Positions 25,543 to 34,714 of a DNA stretch of 64,000 nt are shown here, piece by piece. The notes beneath the pieces are model-generated. The model saw nothing but the letters and a program-made list of their open reading frames with translations, was not told the origin of the DNA and did no database searches. Made by a program: the position numbers and the translations under genes. This stretch comes from an uncultured Aggregatibacter sp. GTDB taxonomy: Bacteria; Pseudomonadota; Gammaproteobacteria; Enterobacterales; Pasteurellaceae. How positions within the stretch are numbered: position 1 is the first letter of the stretch; the number at the start of each line of letters is the position of its first letter. Location: NCBI RefSeq assembly GCF_901873365.1, contig NZ_CABFLM010000115.1, positions 526 to 64,525 of the forward strand. The letters are read 5' to 3'.

Positions 25543-25880
25543 GTGATAAGTCAATTGACTTGCCAAGAGCTTGCGGCGTCTATGTTTGTTCAAGTGAACT
25601 TCATAGGATATTGTTTATCGTATAGGTCGTGTATGTGGGTGGTTTTTTAGGCTCAAAATTATTGTCGTTGCCGGTGATGTTCGTTTAACGAGCGAAGAAC
25701 TAAAAAATACGGTGACAAATGGATTATTGAATTCCGGTGTTAATGTAATTGATTTTGGTGAAACGGGGACAGAGGAAGTCTATTTTGCTACATCATTTTG
25801 AAAAAACAATGGCGGTATTAAACTGACTATAAAACAACAATCCGACTGAGTATATCGGACTTAAATGCGTGAAGCGTCAT
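25543..25880 (+). pseudogene. manB: Decayed 5' fragment of phosphomannomutase (ManB/CpsG family)
   Basis: Manual translation DIVYRIGRVCG...IVVAGDVRLTSEELK...GVNVIDFGETGTEEVYFATSF*KNNGGIKLT, frameshift, NNPTEYIGLK matches the CpsG N-terminus; stop, frameshifts and truncation; boundaries approximate. Confidence 0.85.
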
Positions 25881-26039
25881 GCGTTAATCGTAGTTTAGAA
25901 GTATTACTTTCATAAGGTAAATTAACCTCAACTTGCAAACGAAAGATACGCTTTATTTCACCAGTAGAAATTCATAAAAAACTTACCGCACTTTTTTGAA
26001 GTGGAAAGGTGCGGTCTTTTTATATTAAGGAAAATAAAT

Positions 26040-26930
26040 ATGAAAGCAATTATTCCTGTGGCCGGCTTAGGCACACGTATGTTGCCTGCAACAAAGGCAA
26101 TTCCAAAGGAAATGTTAACGCTGGTGGATAAACCACTTATTCAGTATGTTGTTAATGAATGTGTTGCTGCAGGTATTAAAGAAATTGTATTGGTTACCCA
26201 CTCTTCTAAAAATGCTATAGAAAACCATTTTGATACCTCTTTCGAGTTGGAAACCATGTTAGAAAAACGGGTAAAACGCCAGCTCTTAGAAGAAGTTCGT
26301 TCTATTGTACCAAAAGATGTCACCATTATGCATGTTCGCCAAGGGAATGCAAAAGGCTTGGGGCATGCGGTATTATGTGGTCGTCCGTTAGTCGGTGATG
26401 AGTCTTTTGCGGTGATCTTACCGGATGTGTTATTGGCGGAATTTTCAGCGAATCAGAAAAAAGAAAATTTAGCAGTTATGTTAAAACGCTTCAATCAAAC
26501 GAAAGCTAGCCAAATTATGGTCAGCCCTGTTGCACCGGAAGCCGTAAGTAGCTACGGTATTGCCGACTGCGGTGGCGTTGAAATTCCGCCGGGTGAAAGT
26601 GCGAAAATTAATAGCATTGTGGAAAAACCGAGTGTTGATGATGCGCCATCTAACTTAGCGGTCGTGGGGCGTTATGTGTTCTCCGCTGCCATTTGGGATT
26701 TATTGGAAAGAACACCGATTGGTGTTGGTGATGAAATTCAGTTAACTGATGCGATTGATATGTTAATTGAAAAAGAAACGGTGGAAGCGTTCCATATGAC
26801 CGGTATTTCCTATGATTGTGGCGATAAAATTGGGTATATGAAAGCATTCGTAGAATATGGCTTACATCACAATAAACTGGGTAATGAGTTTAAATCTTAC
26901 TTAAAAGCATTGACTTCATCATTTCAATAA
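26040..26930 (+). CDS. galU: UTP--glucose-1-phosphate uridylyltransferase (start taken at MKAIIP)
   Basis: [25 protein letters not shown] and EIQLTDAI. Confidence 0.98.
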   Translation: MKAIIPVAGLGTRMLPATKAIPKEMLTLVDKPLIQYVVNECVAAGIKEIVLVTHSSKNAIENHFDTSFELETMLEKRVKRQLLEEVRSIVPKDVTIMHVRQGNAKGLGHAVLCGRPLVGDESFAVILPDVLLAEFSANQKKENLAVMLKRFNQTKASQIMVSPVAPEAVSSYGIADCGGVEIPPGESAKINSIVEKPSVDDAPSNLAVVGRYVFSAAIWDLLERTPIGVGDEIQLTDAIDMLIEKETVEAFHMTGISYDCGDKIGYMKAFVEYGLHHNKLGNEFKSYLKALTSSFQ

Positions 26931-26997
26931 GCCGTATTGTTTCGTCTAAATTGATTTATCCTGAAGATACTTAACCCAATCCGATGCCCGTTGTCAA

Positions 26998-28425
26998 TTA
27001 AGCGTCAGATTGGGTTTTGTTATTTGTCGTAGCAGAATTTACTTCGCCGAGCCAAAGAGGAATACTTAAGGTGACGGTCAGTCCACCTAACCGACTTCGA
27101 TTTGCCCGAACACGTCCATGATGACTTTTAATGGTATGTGCAACAATGGATAACCCTAAACCGGTTCCGCCGGTGGTTCGTGTTCTTGCTTCATCTACTC
27201 GATAAAAGGGTTTGAAAATTTTCTCGTATTCTTCTGCGGGTAATCCGGCGCCATCATCTTCTGTGAGAATCACTAATTCGTGGTTTTCAATATAGAAATG
27301 AATCACAATCTTAGAAGAAGTGTACTTTAAGGCATTTCTAATCACATTTTCGACCGCACTTTGAAGGAGTTCGAGATTGCCGTTGATGCGATAATTCTCC
27401 GGATGGAAAATATAGAGATTGCTAAGAAATAGAATTTTTTTCTGTTCGGCTTCAAACTCTGCATCTTCTAGTATGCCTTCCCATAAAGCAGCGATTTCAA
27501 AAATTTCTCTGCCTAAATGGCTATTGAGTTGTTGTCTTGATAATTGTAATAAGTCATTGATCATTTTATCTAAGCGTTGGGCTTCCGTATCAATACGCTG
27601 GATATTTTCATTTTCGCCTAATCGTCTTCTCAATAAAGCAGTTGCAAGCTGTAAGCGCGTTAATGGCGTTCGTAATTCATGTGAGATCGAGGAAAGTAAT
27701 GTGCGCTGGTTATTTAAAACGTCTTCCAATGATTGTGTCATTCGATTAAAACTTTGCCCAACTTGACGTAATTCCAGTAGCCCTTTCTTCTCTAAGTTTT
27801 TATCGATGGTTAAATATCCCATTGCAACAGCATTTGCGGCTTGTTGTAAATTGCGTATCGGTCCGCCAATACTTTGTGAAAGCCACCACAATAGAGGCGA
27901 GGAAATCAGAATGACTAAAATAATCAGAAAAATAGGACGTTCGAAAACATAAGTGAGGATTTCTTTTTGTGCACTGATTCGATTAATAAAAAAGCATTGA
28001 TACATTGCGTCTTGTTCGCTTAGTTTAATCGGAAAAGGGCCTACGATTTGGGAATTGCCATAAATCCGCTTTAACGGTTTTACTTGAACAGGGTTACTGA
28101 ACATGAATTGTCTAATGGCTTTTTCTTCCTCCGGTAACATTCCTAGAAGTTGACCGCTATGAGAGACTAATATCGGGTGATCACTAAAAAATTCAGCCGG
28201 AAAGATAATATCGCCATTGAGTAATTTTGAAAATTGATCATGCTGAATGGCGGATTCAATTTTATTCTCATATCGATGAATTTCATTTTCTTTTAAATTG
28301 GAATAAACATGTGCATCAAAATAGGGAAGAAGAAAAATGAAAAGTAACAAGATAAATAAAGTCAGCCAGAAAAAGAGAAAGATCCGGATAGTCAGAGAAT
28401 TAAATGTAAACTTTTGCTTTTGCAT
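26998..28425 (-). CDS. cpxA: Envelope stress sensor histidine kinase
   Basis: Two TM segments, HAMP, SHELRTPLTRLQL, FYRVDEAR..GGTGLGL. Confidence 0.9.
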   Translation of the reverse strand: MQKQKFTFNSLTIRIFLFFWLTLFILLLFIFLLPYFDAHVYSNLKENEIHRYENKIESAIQHDQFSKLLNGDIIFPAEFFSDHPILVSHSGQLLGMLPEEEKAIRQFMFSNPVQVKPLKRIYGNSQIVGPFPIKLSEQDAMYQCFFINRISAQKEILTYVFERPIFLIILVILISSPLLWWLSQSIGGPIRNLQQAANAVAMGYLTIDKNLEKKGLLELRQVGQSFNRMTQSLEDVLNNQRTLLSSISHELRTPLTRLQLATALLRRRLGENENIQRIDTEAQRLDKMINDLLQLSRQQLNSHLGREIFEIAALWEGILEDAEFEAEQKKILFLSNLYIFHPENYRINGNLELLQSAVENVIRNALKYTSSKIVIHFYIENHELVILTEDDGAGLPAEEYEKIFKPFYRVDEARTRTTGGTGLGLSIVAHTIKSHHGRVRANRSRLGGLTVTLSIPLWLGEVNSATTNNKTQSDA

Positions 28426-28470
28426 AATTTTAAAATGAAAAAAGGCTATATCAATATAGCCCTAGAGGAT

Positions 28471-29169
28471 TTATTGTTTTTCAGTGATTAATAAATACCC
28501 ACGCCCCCTTAAGGTCTTCATCCATTGTAAGCCATCTGAACGGGGAGGTAATTTTTTGCGTAAATTAGACATATGCATGTCAATTGAGCGGTCAAATGAA
28601 GCCAGTTTTTTTCCAAGCACTTCAACGCTTAAGACTTCTTTAGGCACAATAATACCGGGATTTTTAATCAAGTGGAGCAGCAAGGCAAACTCGGTTCCGG
28701 TGAGCTCTAAATCCTGATCACCGGCGAGCACTTGTTGTCTTCCCGGATATAACGTAATACCGGCAAATTCAATTTTCTCAACATCAGTCTGTGTCGCCAT
28801 TTTATTGGCTTGATCGACGCGTCTTAAGATCGCTTTAATTCGTGCGATCAACTCTCGATCATTAAAAGGCTTAGGAAGATAATCATCCGCACCAAGTTCT
28901 AGTCCTACTATGCGATCAATTTCATCGCCACGCGCGGTTAGCATAATCACCGGCGTCGAAAAGTTTTTTCTGATTTGTTGTAGGGTTTCGATGCCGTTTA
29001 GAACAGGCATCATGACATCGAGTAATACTAAGTCGTAGGTTCTATCAAGTGCTGTTAGCGCCTCTCTACCGTTGCGTACGACATTAACTTCAAACCCTTC
29101 CAATTCTAATAATTGCGATAAAAGATCCGTTAATTCTGCATCGTCATCAACAAGTAAAATTTTTGCCAT
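28471..29169 (-). CDS. cpxR: Envelope stress response regulator (start taken at MAKILL)
   Basis: LLDVMMP, DDYLPKPFNDREL and SIDMHMSNLRKKLP. Confidence 0.92.
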   Translation of the reverse strand: MAKILLVDDDAELTDLLSQLLELEGFEVNVVRNGREALTALDRTYDLVLLDVMMPVLNGIETLQQIRKNFSTPVIMLTARGDEIDRIVGLELGADDYLPKPFNDRELIARIKAILRRVDQANKMATQTDVEKIEFAGITLYPGRQQVLAGDQDLELTGTEFALLLHLIKNPGIIVPKEVLSVEVLGKKLASFDRSIDMHMSNLRKKLPPRSDGLQWMKTLRGRGYLLITEKQ

Positions 29170-29200
29170 AACAATCCCCTGATTCATGGTTTATTGCGAA

Positions 29201-29617
29201 TTATTTTTTGCCGAATTGCCACCAACGTTTTTTCGGCGCTTCAGGCGCATTAATAATCGTGTTATTTGGGGCTGCTTGCTCTTCATTCGGTAATGGTTTA
29301 TCTAAATCAAAGTGGCTCACGGTGCCTTTTTGATCGAAATTAACCACTAACGTATGTTGCTCCGGCGTTTCGTAGGCTTTTTGTTGTAAGAAAACATAGT
29401 ACCAAGTATTGCTACTGTATGGATCAACCAACACCGGCGTGCCTAGTAAATATTGAACTTGTTGAGTTGTCATACCGGTTTTGAGTTGTGCTACGCTGGA
29501 GGCTTGTAAGTAATTGCCTTGTGGCACATCAATACGATAGACCACTTTGTTGATTCTGGAACAAGCGGTCACGCTCAATGCAAAAATTAATGTGGTGACA
29601 ATAAATTTGAATTGCAT
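29201..29617 (-). CDS. bamE: Outer membrane assembly lipoprotein BamE/SmpA
   Basis: Lipobox VTAC; VYRIDVPQGNY; GMTTQQVQYLLGTP. Confidence 0.95.
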   Translation of the reverse strand: MQFKFIVTTLIFALSVTACSRINKVVYRIDVPQGNYLQASSVAQLKTGMTTQQVQYLLGTPVLVDPYSSNTWYYVFLQQKAYETPEQHTLVVNFDQKGTVSHFDLDKPLPNEEQAAPNNTIINAPEAPKKRWWQFGKK

Positions 29618-29682
29618 TTTTGCCTTTTATCCTCTGTAAATAATGAAAAATGATGATACCGAAAGTTTAATTAATTGCCAAA

Positions 29683-30705
29683 TTAATTCTCTTCTTTTAG
29701 CCGGCGTTGTAATTGATCCCGCAAGTTTGGCGGCAATCCTTTAATCGTCAACGTATCGGTAGTTTCATCCCAAAGAATGCGTTGATTTAGCAATTCCGCA
29801 TCAAAACTGATGGTGATGCCTTTGCCAGAACCGGAAAATTTGGTTAACGATTTAAGTGCGGTGCGAATTGGTGGAATACTGTCTTCCAATCCATAGTTTT
29901 GTTCTTGTGCGAATGCAACAAAAGGTTGCTGATTGAGTGTTGGTAACGTATCGGAAAGTTCCGTCAACGTAATTTCCTCACCGCTATTTATTTGATCTTT
30001 ACAGTATTCAAACACCTGCTTTTTCACGGCTTGGGTTTGTTCTGAATTGAGTTCGCCTTGTACGCAGTAATCACTCACCGCTTGTAATAAGCATTGGTTT
30101 TGTACTTGTGGATTGAGCCCTTCTTCTGCGCCTAAGAAATCCATAAAAAAATCGGCGATCTTGCGTCCTACGCGCCCTTTAATAAAGGTGAGATAACGAT
30201 TGGAATTGGCATTGAGTTGTAAATCCGTCAAATTAATGCGAGCAGCAATGTCAAATTGGGTAATATCCAAATATTCCGTGCGTTGAATTTCCAGTTGATC
30301 GTTGACTAACATACTGACACGACTGTCCAACAGCGCAATAAATAAGTAATCGGTCGCCAAGAAATTATATTGGCATAACACTAACGTACCGCTGTCGGCA
30401 AAGTGATATTTCCCCAATTCGGCAAGCAATAAATGAGTTGCTTCATGGCTGAATGGCAGAAAATCCAGTTCATTTTCCAACAATCGGTTAAGGCATTGGG
30501 CAAACATCGAAGATTCTTGAAACACGCCGTATGCTTTGGCTTTATTTTGATAACCCTGATGTAATTGCAACATCATTTGCTCTACTTCAGGGGTGATGGT
30601 TAATAATTGTTCACGCAGAACACAGCTTAATGGTGGCAGATTGTCGCCTTCCGGTTCCGCCTTGATAATTTGATGAAGAATAATTTGTTTAACTGTAATG
30701 CTCAT
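29683..30705 (-). CDS. yejK: Nucleoid-associated protein YejK/NdpA
   Basis: DIAARINLT and [17 protein letters not shown]; divergent from yejL-yejM. Confidence 0.93.
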   Translation of the reverse strand: MSITVKQIILHQIIKAEPEGDNLPPLSCVLREQLLTITPEVEQMMLQLHQGYQNKAKAYGVFQESSMFAQCLNRLLENELDFLPFSHEATHLLLAELGKYHFADSGTLVLCQYNFLATDYLFIALLDSRVSMLVNDQLEIQRTEYLDITQFDIAARINLTDLQLNANSNRYLTFIKGRVGRKIADFFMDFLGAEEGLNPQVQNQCLLQAVSDYCVQGELNSEQTQAVKKQVFEYCKDQINSGEEITLTELSDTLPTLNQQPFVAFAQEQNYGLEDSIPPIRTALKSLTKFSGSGKGITISFDAELLNQRILWDETTDTLTIKGLPPNLRDQLQRRLKEEN

Positions 30706-30830
30706 AAAATCACCTTAAAAAACGCCTGCTATTATAACCGCACTTTTTAACAGAACTAACAAAATATGTTAGGATTAGCCCAATTATCGGTTAATATACG
30801 TAACGCTTTACATTAATTGGCTAATCAAAC

Positions 30831-31052
30831 ATGGCAATTCAATCAAAATATCAAGATAAACAAATAGATGCAATTTTAAACGACATGATCGCAGTGCTTG
30901 AAAAACACCAAGCGCCATTGGATTTATCCTTAATTGTTTTAGGCAATATGACCACCAATTTGCTCACCGGCAGCTTGGGGAAACAACAGCAAAAGGTGCT
31001 GGCACAAGCCTTTTCTGAGGCACTACTCAATTCCATTAACACAGCGAAATAA
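30831..31052 (+). CDS. yejL: YejL family protein
   Basis: MAIQSKYQDKQ...VLEKHQAPLDLSLIVLGN; synteny. Confidence 0.92.
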   Translation: MAIQSKYQDKQIDAILNDMIAVLEKHQAPLDLSLIVLGNMTTNLLTGSLGKQQQKVLAQAFSEALLNSINTAK

Positions 31053-31058
31053 TTGGCA

Positions 31059-32798
31059 ATGTGGAAATTCAACAGCAGACAATATCGTGAAGAAACCTCA
31101 CAAAAGATTTCGTGGGGGCACTGGTTTGCTTTTTTTAATATTCTTTGGGCGATTTTTATCGGTGCCCGCTATGCGTTTATTATTGACTGGCCGGATACGC
31201 TCTTTGGCAAAATTTACTTTTTCATCAGCTTATTAGGGCATTTTAGTTTCATTGTATTCGCCTTTTATTTGTTGGTGATCTTCCCCCTCAGTTTTATCGT
31301 GAAAAACCACCGCACTTTTCGCGGACTCACAGTCATTCTTGCTACGATTGGTAACACGTTATTATTAGTTGATACAGAAGTTTTTGTGCGGTTTAACCTG
31401 CATTTGTCTTCCCTTGTTTGGAATTTGTTGGTGAACCCGGAAAACGGTGAATTGTCACGCAACTGGCAACTGTTCTTTACGCCGATGCCGTTGATTTTAT
31501 TAGTGCAAATGTTGTTTTCCCGCTGGTCTTGGCAAAAGTTGCGTAGTTTGGAGCGACAAAAATGGTTAAGAGGTGTTGGTGTCTTTTTTGTTTGCACTTT
31601 CATTGCCACCCATCTGATTTATGCGTGGGCGGACGCTTATTTATATCGTCCGATTACGATGCAGCGTTCCAATTTCCCGCTGTCTTATCCGATGACGGCG
31701 CGCTCTTTCTTGGAAAAACATGGCTTTATCAATAAGCAAGAATATTCCCAACGCTTAGAACAAGAAGGGCGTTTAGATGCATTAGCGATTAACTACCCGA
31801 GAAACCCATTGCTTTTTGAGGCACCGCAAGAAAAGACCAATGTGCTGCTGATTACGGTTTCCGGCTTACGTTATGATGCCGTTGATATGGAAACTATGCC
31901 GAATTTGGAGGCGTTTGCACAACATTCAACGCAATTTACCAACCATTACAGTAGCGGCAATAATAACAATGCCGGCTTAACCGGGTTATTTTACGGATTG
32001 AACGCGAGCTATACAGACAGCCTGCTCAGCAATAAAACCCCTTCCGTTTTGGTTGAACGTTTTGCACAACAACAATACGTACAAGGCTTATTTTCTGCGA
32101 ATAAATTTGATAATGCGGTTTTCCGTCGTGCGATTTATCCGAAAGCGAAATTAAGCGGTGATAATAGCAACCAAGCTGCGGTGCAGTCCTTTAAACGTTG
32201 GTTGGATTCCGCTAAAAAACAGGAAAAACCATTTTGGGGTTATTTGAGTTTAAATATTGAACCCAATTTGACGCAAGATAAGTATCAGCAACAGCTTGCT
32301 AAACTAGACGAACTCTTCGGGCAACTCTTGCCGGAATTAGATTTGCCGAACACGATTGTGGTGATTACTGCAGAGCATGGGTATCGTTTCAACACATTGA
32401 CAGAAAAAGAAGAAATCAATGATTTCTCTCGTGATGAAGTGCAGGTGCCAATGATTGTGCACTGGCAGAGTTTGCCGGCAACAAAAATCACCAAATTAAC
32501 TGCCCATGTGGATTTATTGCCGGCATTGATGAAACACGTTTTCAACGTGAAAAATCCGATCAGGGATTATGCGCAAGGGCGTGATTTATTCGATTTGAAA
32601 CAGGCAACGGATTGGGTCTTAGTCTCCAATTATCGTTGGAATGTGATTATTCAGCCGGACGGCACGCAATATCATATTGATACGCGCGGAAACTATCAAA
32701 AATATGACCGCACTTATCAGAAGATTTCATCGGAGAGACCGCCATTAGGCTTGTTCTTGGAAGTGTTTAATCAAGATCGATCATTTTTAGAGAAATGA
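31059..32798 (+). CDS. yejM: LPS homeostasis inner-membrane protein YejM/PbgA/LapC (start taken at MWKF)
   Basis: SWGHWFAFFN and PLSYPMTARSFL; five TM segments plus a sulfatase-like domain. Confidence 0.93.
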   Translation: MWKFNSRQYREETSQKISWGHWFAFFNILWAIFIGARYAFIIDWPDTLFGKIYFFISLLGHFSFIVFAFYLLVIFPLSFIVKNHRTFRGLTVILATIGNTLLLVDTEVFVRFNLHLSSLVWNLLVNPENGELSRNWQLFFTPMPLILLVQMLFSRWSWQKLRSLERQKWLRGVGVFFVCTFIATHLIYAWADAYLYRPITMQRSNFPLSYPMTARSFLEKHGFINKQEYSQRLEQEGRLDALAINYPRNPLLFEAPQEKTNVLLITVSGLRYDAVDMETMPNLEAFAQHSTQFTNHYSSGNNNNAGLTGLFYGLNASYTDSLLSNKTPSVLVERFAQQQYVQGLFSANKFDNAVFRRAIYPKAKLSGDNSNQAAVQSFKRWLDSAKKQEKPFWGYLSLNIEPNLTQDKYQQQLAKLDELFGQLLPELDLPNTIVVITAEHGYRFNTLTEKEEINDFSRDEVQVPMIVHWQSLPATKITKLTAHVDLLPALMKHVFNVKNPIRDYAQGRDLFDLKQATDWVLVSNYRWNVIIQPDGTQYHIDTRGNYQKYDRTYQKISSERPPLGLFLEVFNQDRSFLEK

Positions 32799-33053
32799 TT
32801 AAAAATGTGCCTAACTAATAGCCAGAATCAATTATATTTTTGTGCCGCCGGGTTTTATACTAGCGCGCAATTTCATTAGGACAAATACGATGTTATTAAT
32901 TAAAAATCTGCGAATTTTTTATAACATTATCTGTTATTTCAATGCATTGTCATTGAACGCCTGCCTATTTTCAATTAATACGAAATCCTCTTTTATGAGG
33001 ATTTTTTTCTATTTGCTCCCTGCCTATCCTTTAAATTTACTTATGGAGTCACT

Positions 33054-34043
33054 ATGACGAAAAGTCACGTTCGTAGTTTTAAAACTTATATTCGAGATGA
33101 GATTATTAAAAAAGGCGGCTGGGTGAATGCGCATGCGCATGCGGATCGTGCCTTTACCATGACACCGGAAAAAATCGGTATTTATCAAAGCTGTAATTTA
33201 CAACAAAAATGGGATTTGGTGGATGAGGTGAAGCGTACCTCTTCGGTGGATGACTACTATGCCCGTTTTTGTCAATCAATTGAATTGATGATTTCCCAAG
33301 GAGTGACGGCTTTCGGTACGTTTGTGGACATTGACCCGGTGTGTGAAGACCGAGCGATTATCGCCGCCCACAAGGCTCGTGAAGTCTATAAGCATGACAT
33401 CGTATTGAAATTTGCTAACCAAACCTTAAAAGGCGTGATTGAGCCAACGGCACGTAAATGGTTTGACATCGGTTCCGAGATGGTGGATATGATTGGCGGC
33501 TTACCATACCGTGATGAGTTGGATTATGGACGTGGTTTGGAAGCCATGGATATTTTATTGGATACCGCCAAATCACGCGGCATTATGTGTCATGTTCACG
33601 TGGATCAATTTAATTCACCGACAGAAATTGAAACGGAGCAACTGTGTGACAAAACCATTGAACACGGTATGCAAGGACGCGTGGTTGCTATTCACGGCAT
33701 CTCCATTGGATCGCATTCCAAAGACTATCGTTATCGCCTCTATGAAAAAATGCGCCAAGCACAAATGATGATGATTGCTTGCCCGATGGCATGGATTGAC
33801 AGTAATCGTAAAGAAGAACTCATGCCGTTCCACAATGCGTTAACACCGGCCGATGAAATGATTCCGGAAGGCATTACGGTGGCGATTGGTACGGATAATA
33901 TTTGTGACTACATGGTGCCGTTGTGCGAAGGGGATATGTGGCAGGAGTTGAGCTTATTGGCTGCCGGTTGTCGTTTCCCGGATTTAGACGCCATGGTGAA
34001 TATTGCCAGTATCAACGGCCGTAAAGTATTAGGCATTGATTAA
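33054..34043 (+). CDS. Metal-dependent amidohydrolase (cytosine deaminase-like)
   Basis: Metal ligands NAHAHAD, HVHVDQ, IHG and GTDN; substrate unknown. Confidence 0.85.
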   Translation: MTKSHVRSFKTYIRDEIIKKGGWVNAHAHADRAFTMTPEKIGIYQSCNLQQKWDLVDEVKRTSSVDDYYARFCQSIELMISQGVTAFGTFVDIDPVCEDRAIIAAHKAREVYKHDIVLKFANQTLKGVIEPTARKWFDIGSEMVDMIGGLPYRDELDYGRGLEAMDILLDTAKSRGIMCHVHVDQFNSPTEIETEQLCDKTIEHGMQGRVVAIHGISIGSHSKDYRYRLYEKMRQAQMMMIACPMAWIDSNRKEELMPFHNALTPADEMIPEGITVAIGTDNICDYMVPLCEGDMWQELSLLAAGCRFPDLDAMVNIASINGRKVLGID

Positions 34044-34046
34044 TAC

Positions 34047-34086
34047 AAAACAAAATACCGAGCCATCATACTCGGTATTTTGTTTT
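34047..34086. terminator. Bidirectional intrinsic terminator (repeated at about 34322 and 34595)
   Basis: AAAACAAAATACCGAG-CCATCATA-CTCGGTATTTTGTTTT. Confidence 0.8.
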
Positions 34087-34714
34087 TAAAGTGCGGTCGC
34101 TTTTTTAAATGTTTTTAATCCGTATGTTCACTCAAAAAACCACCACTTTGGTGCTGCCATAATTTGGCATAGAACCGTAGCGTGCAACTTGTTGCATGAA
34201 ATCATGAATGCCAGAAAGCGTTAAATAACGTTCCGTACGTAATTTGGTCGTGCATCAAGATGCACGCTACGAACGAAATCATGAATTATACATCGAGTTT
34301 AATGTTAATCATTTGTGCAATAAAATACCGAGCCATCATACTCGGTATTTTGTTTTTAAAGTGCGGTCGCTTTTTTAAATGTTTTTAATCTGTATGCCCA
34401 CTCAAGAAGCCACCACTTTGGTGCTGTCATAATTTGGTATAGAACCGTAGCGTGCAACTTGTTGCACGAAATCATGAATGCCCGAAAGCGTTAAATAACG
34501 TTCCTTGCGTAATTTGGTCGTGCATCAAGATGCACGCTACAAACGAAATCACGAATTATACATTGAGGTTAATGTTAATAATCATTTGTGCAATAAAATA
34601 CCGAGCCATCATGCTCGGTATTTTGTTTTTAAAGTGCGGTCATTTTTTTAAATGTTTTTAATCCGTATGCCCACTCAGGAAGCCGCCGCTTTGGTGCTGC
34701 CATAATTTGGCATA
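34052..34714. repeat. Tandem ~270-bp duplication (2 full units plus a partial third): terminator + USS + ABC-gene 3' end + 94-bp REPIN
   Basis: Units start at 34052, 34322 and 34595; REPINs at 34177-34270 and 34447-34540. Confidence 0.92.

Noticed and set aside
34452..34661. 69-aa ORF in the duplicated region
   Set aside because: It lies entirely within REPIN, terminator and USS sequence and has no RBS.
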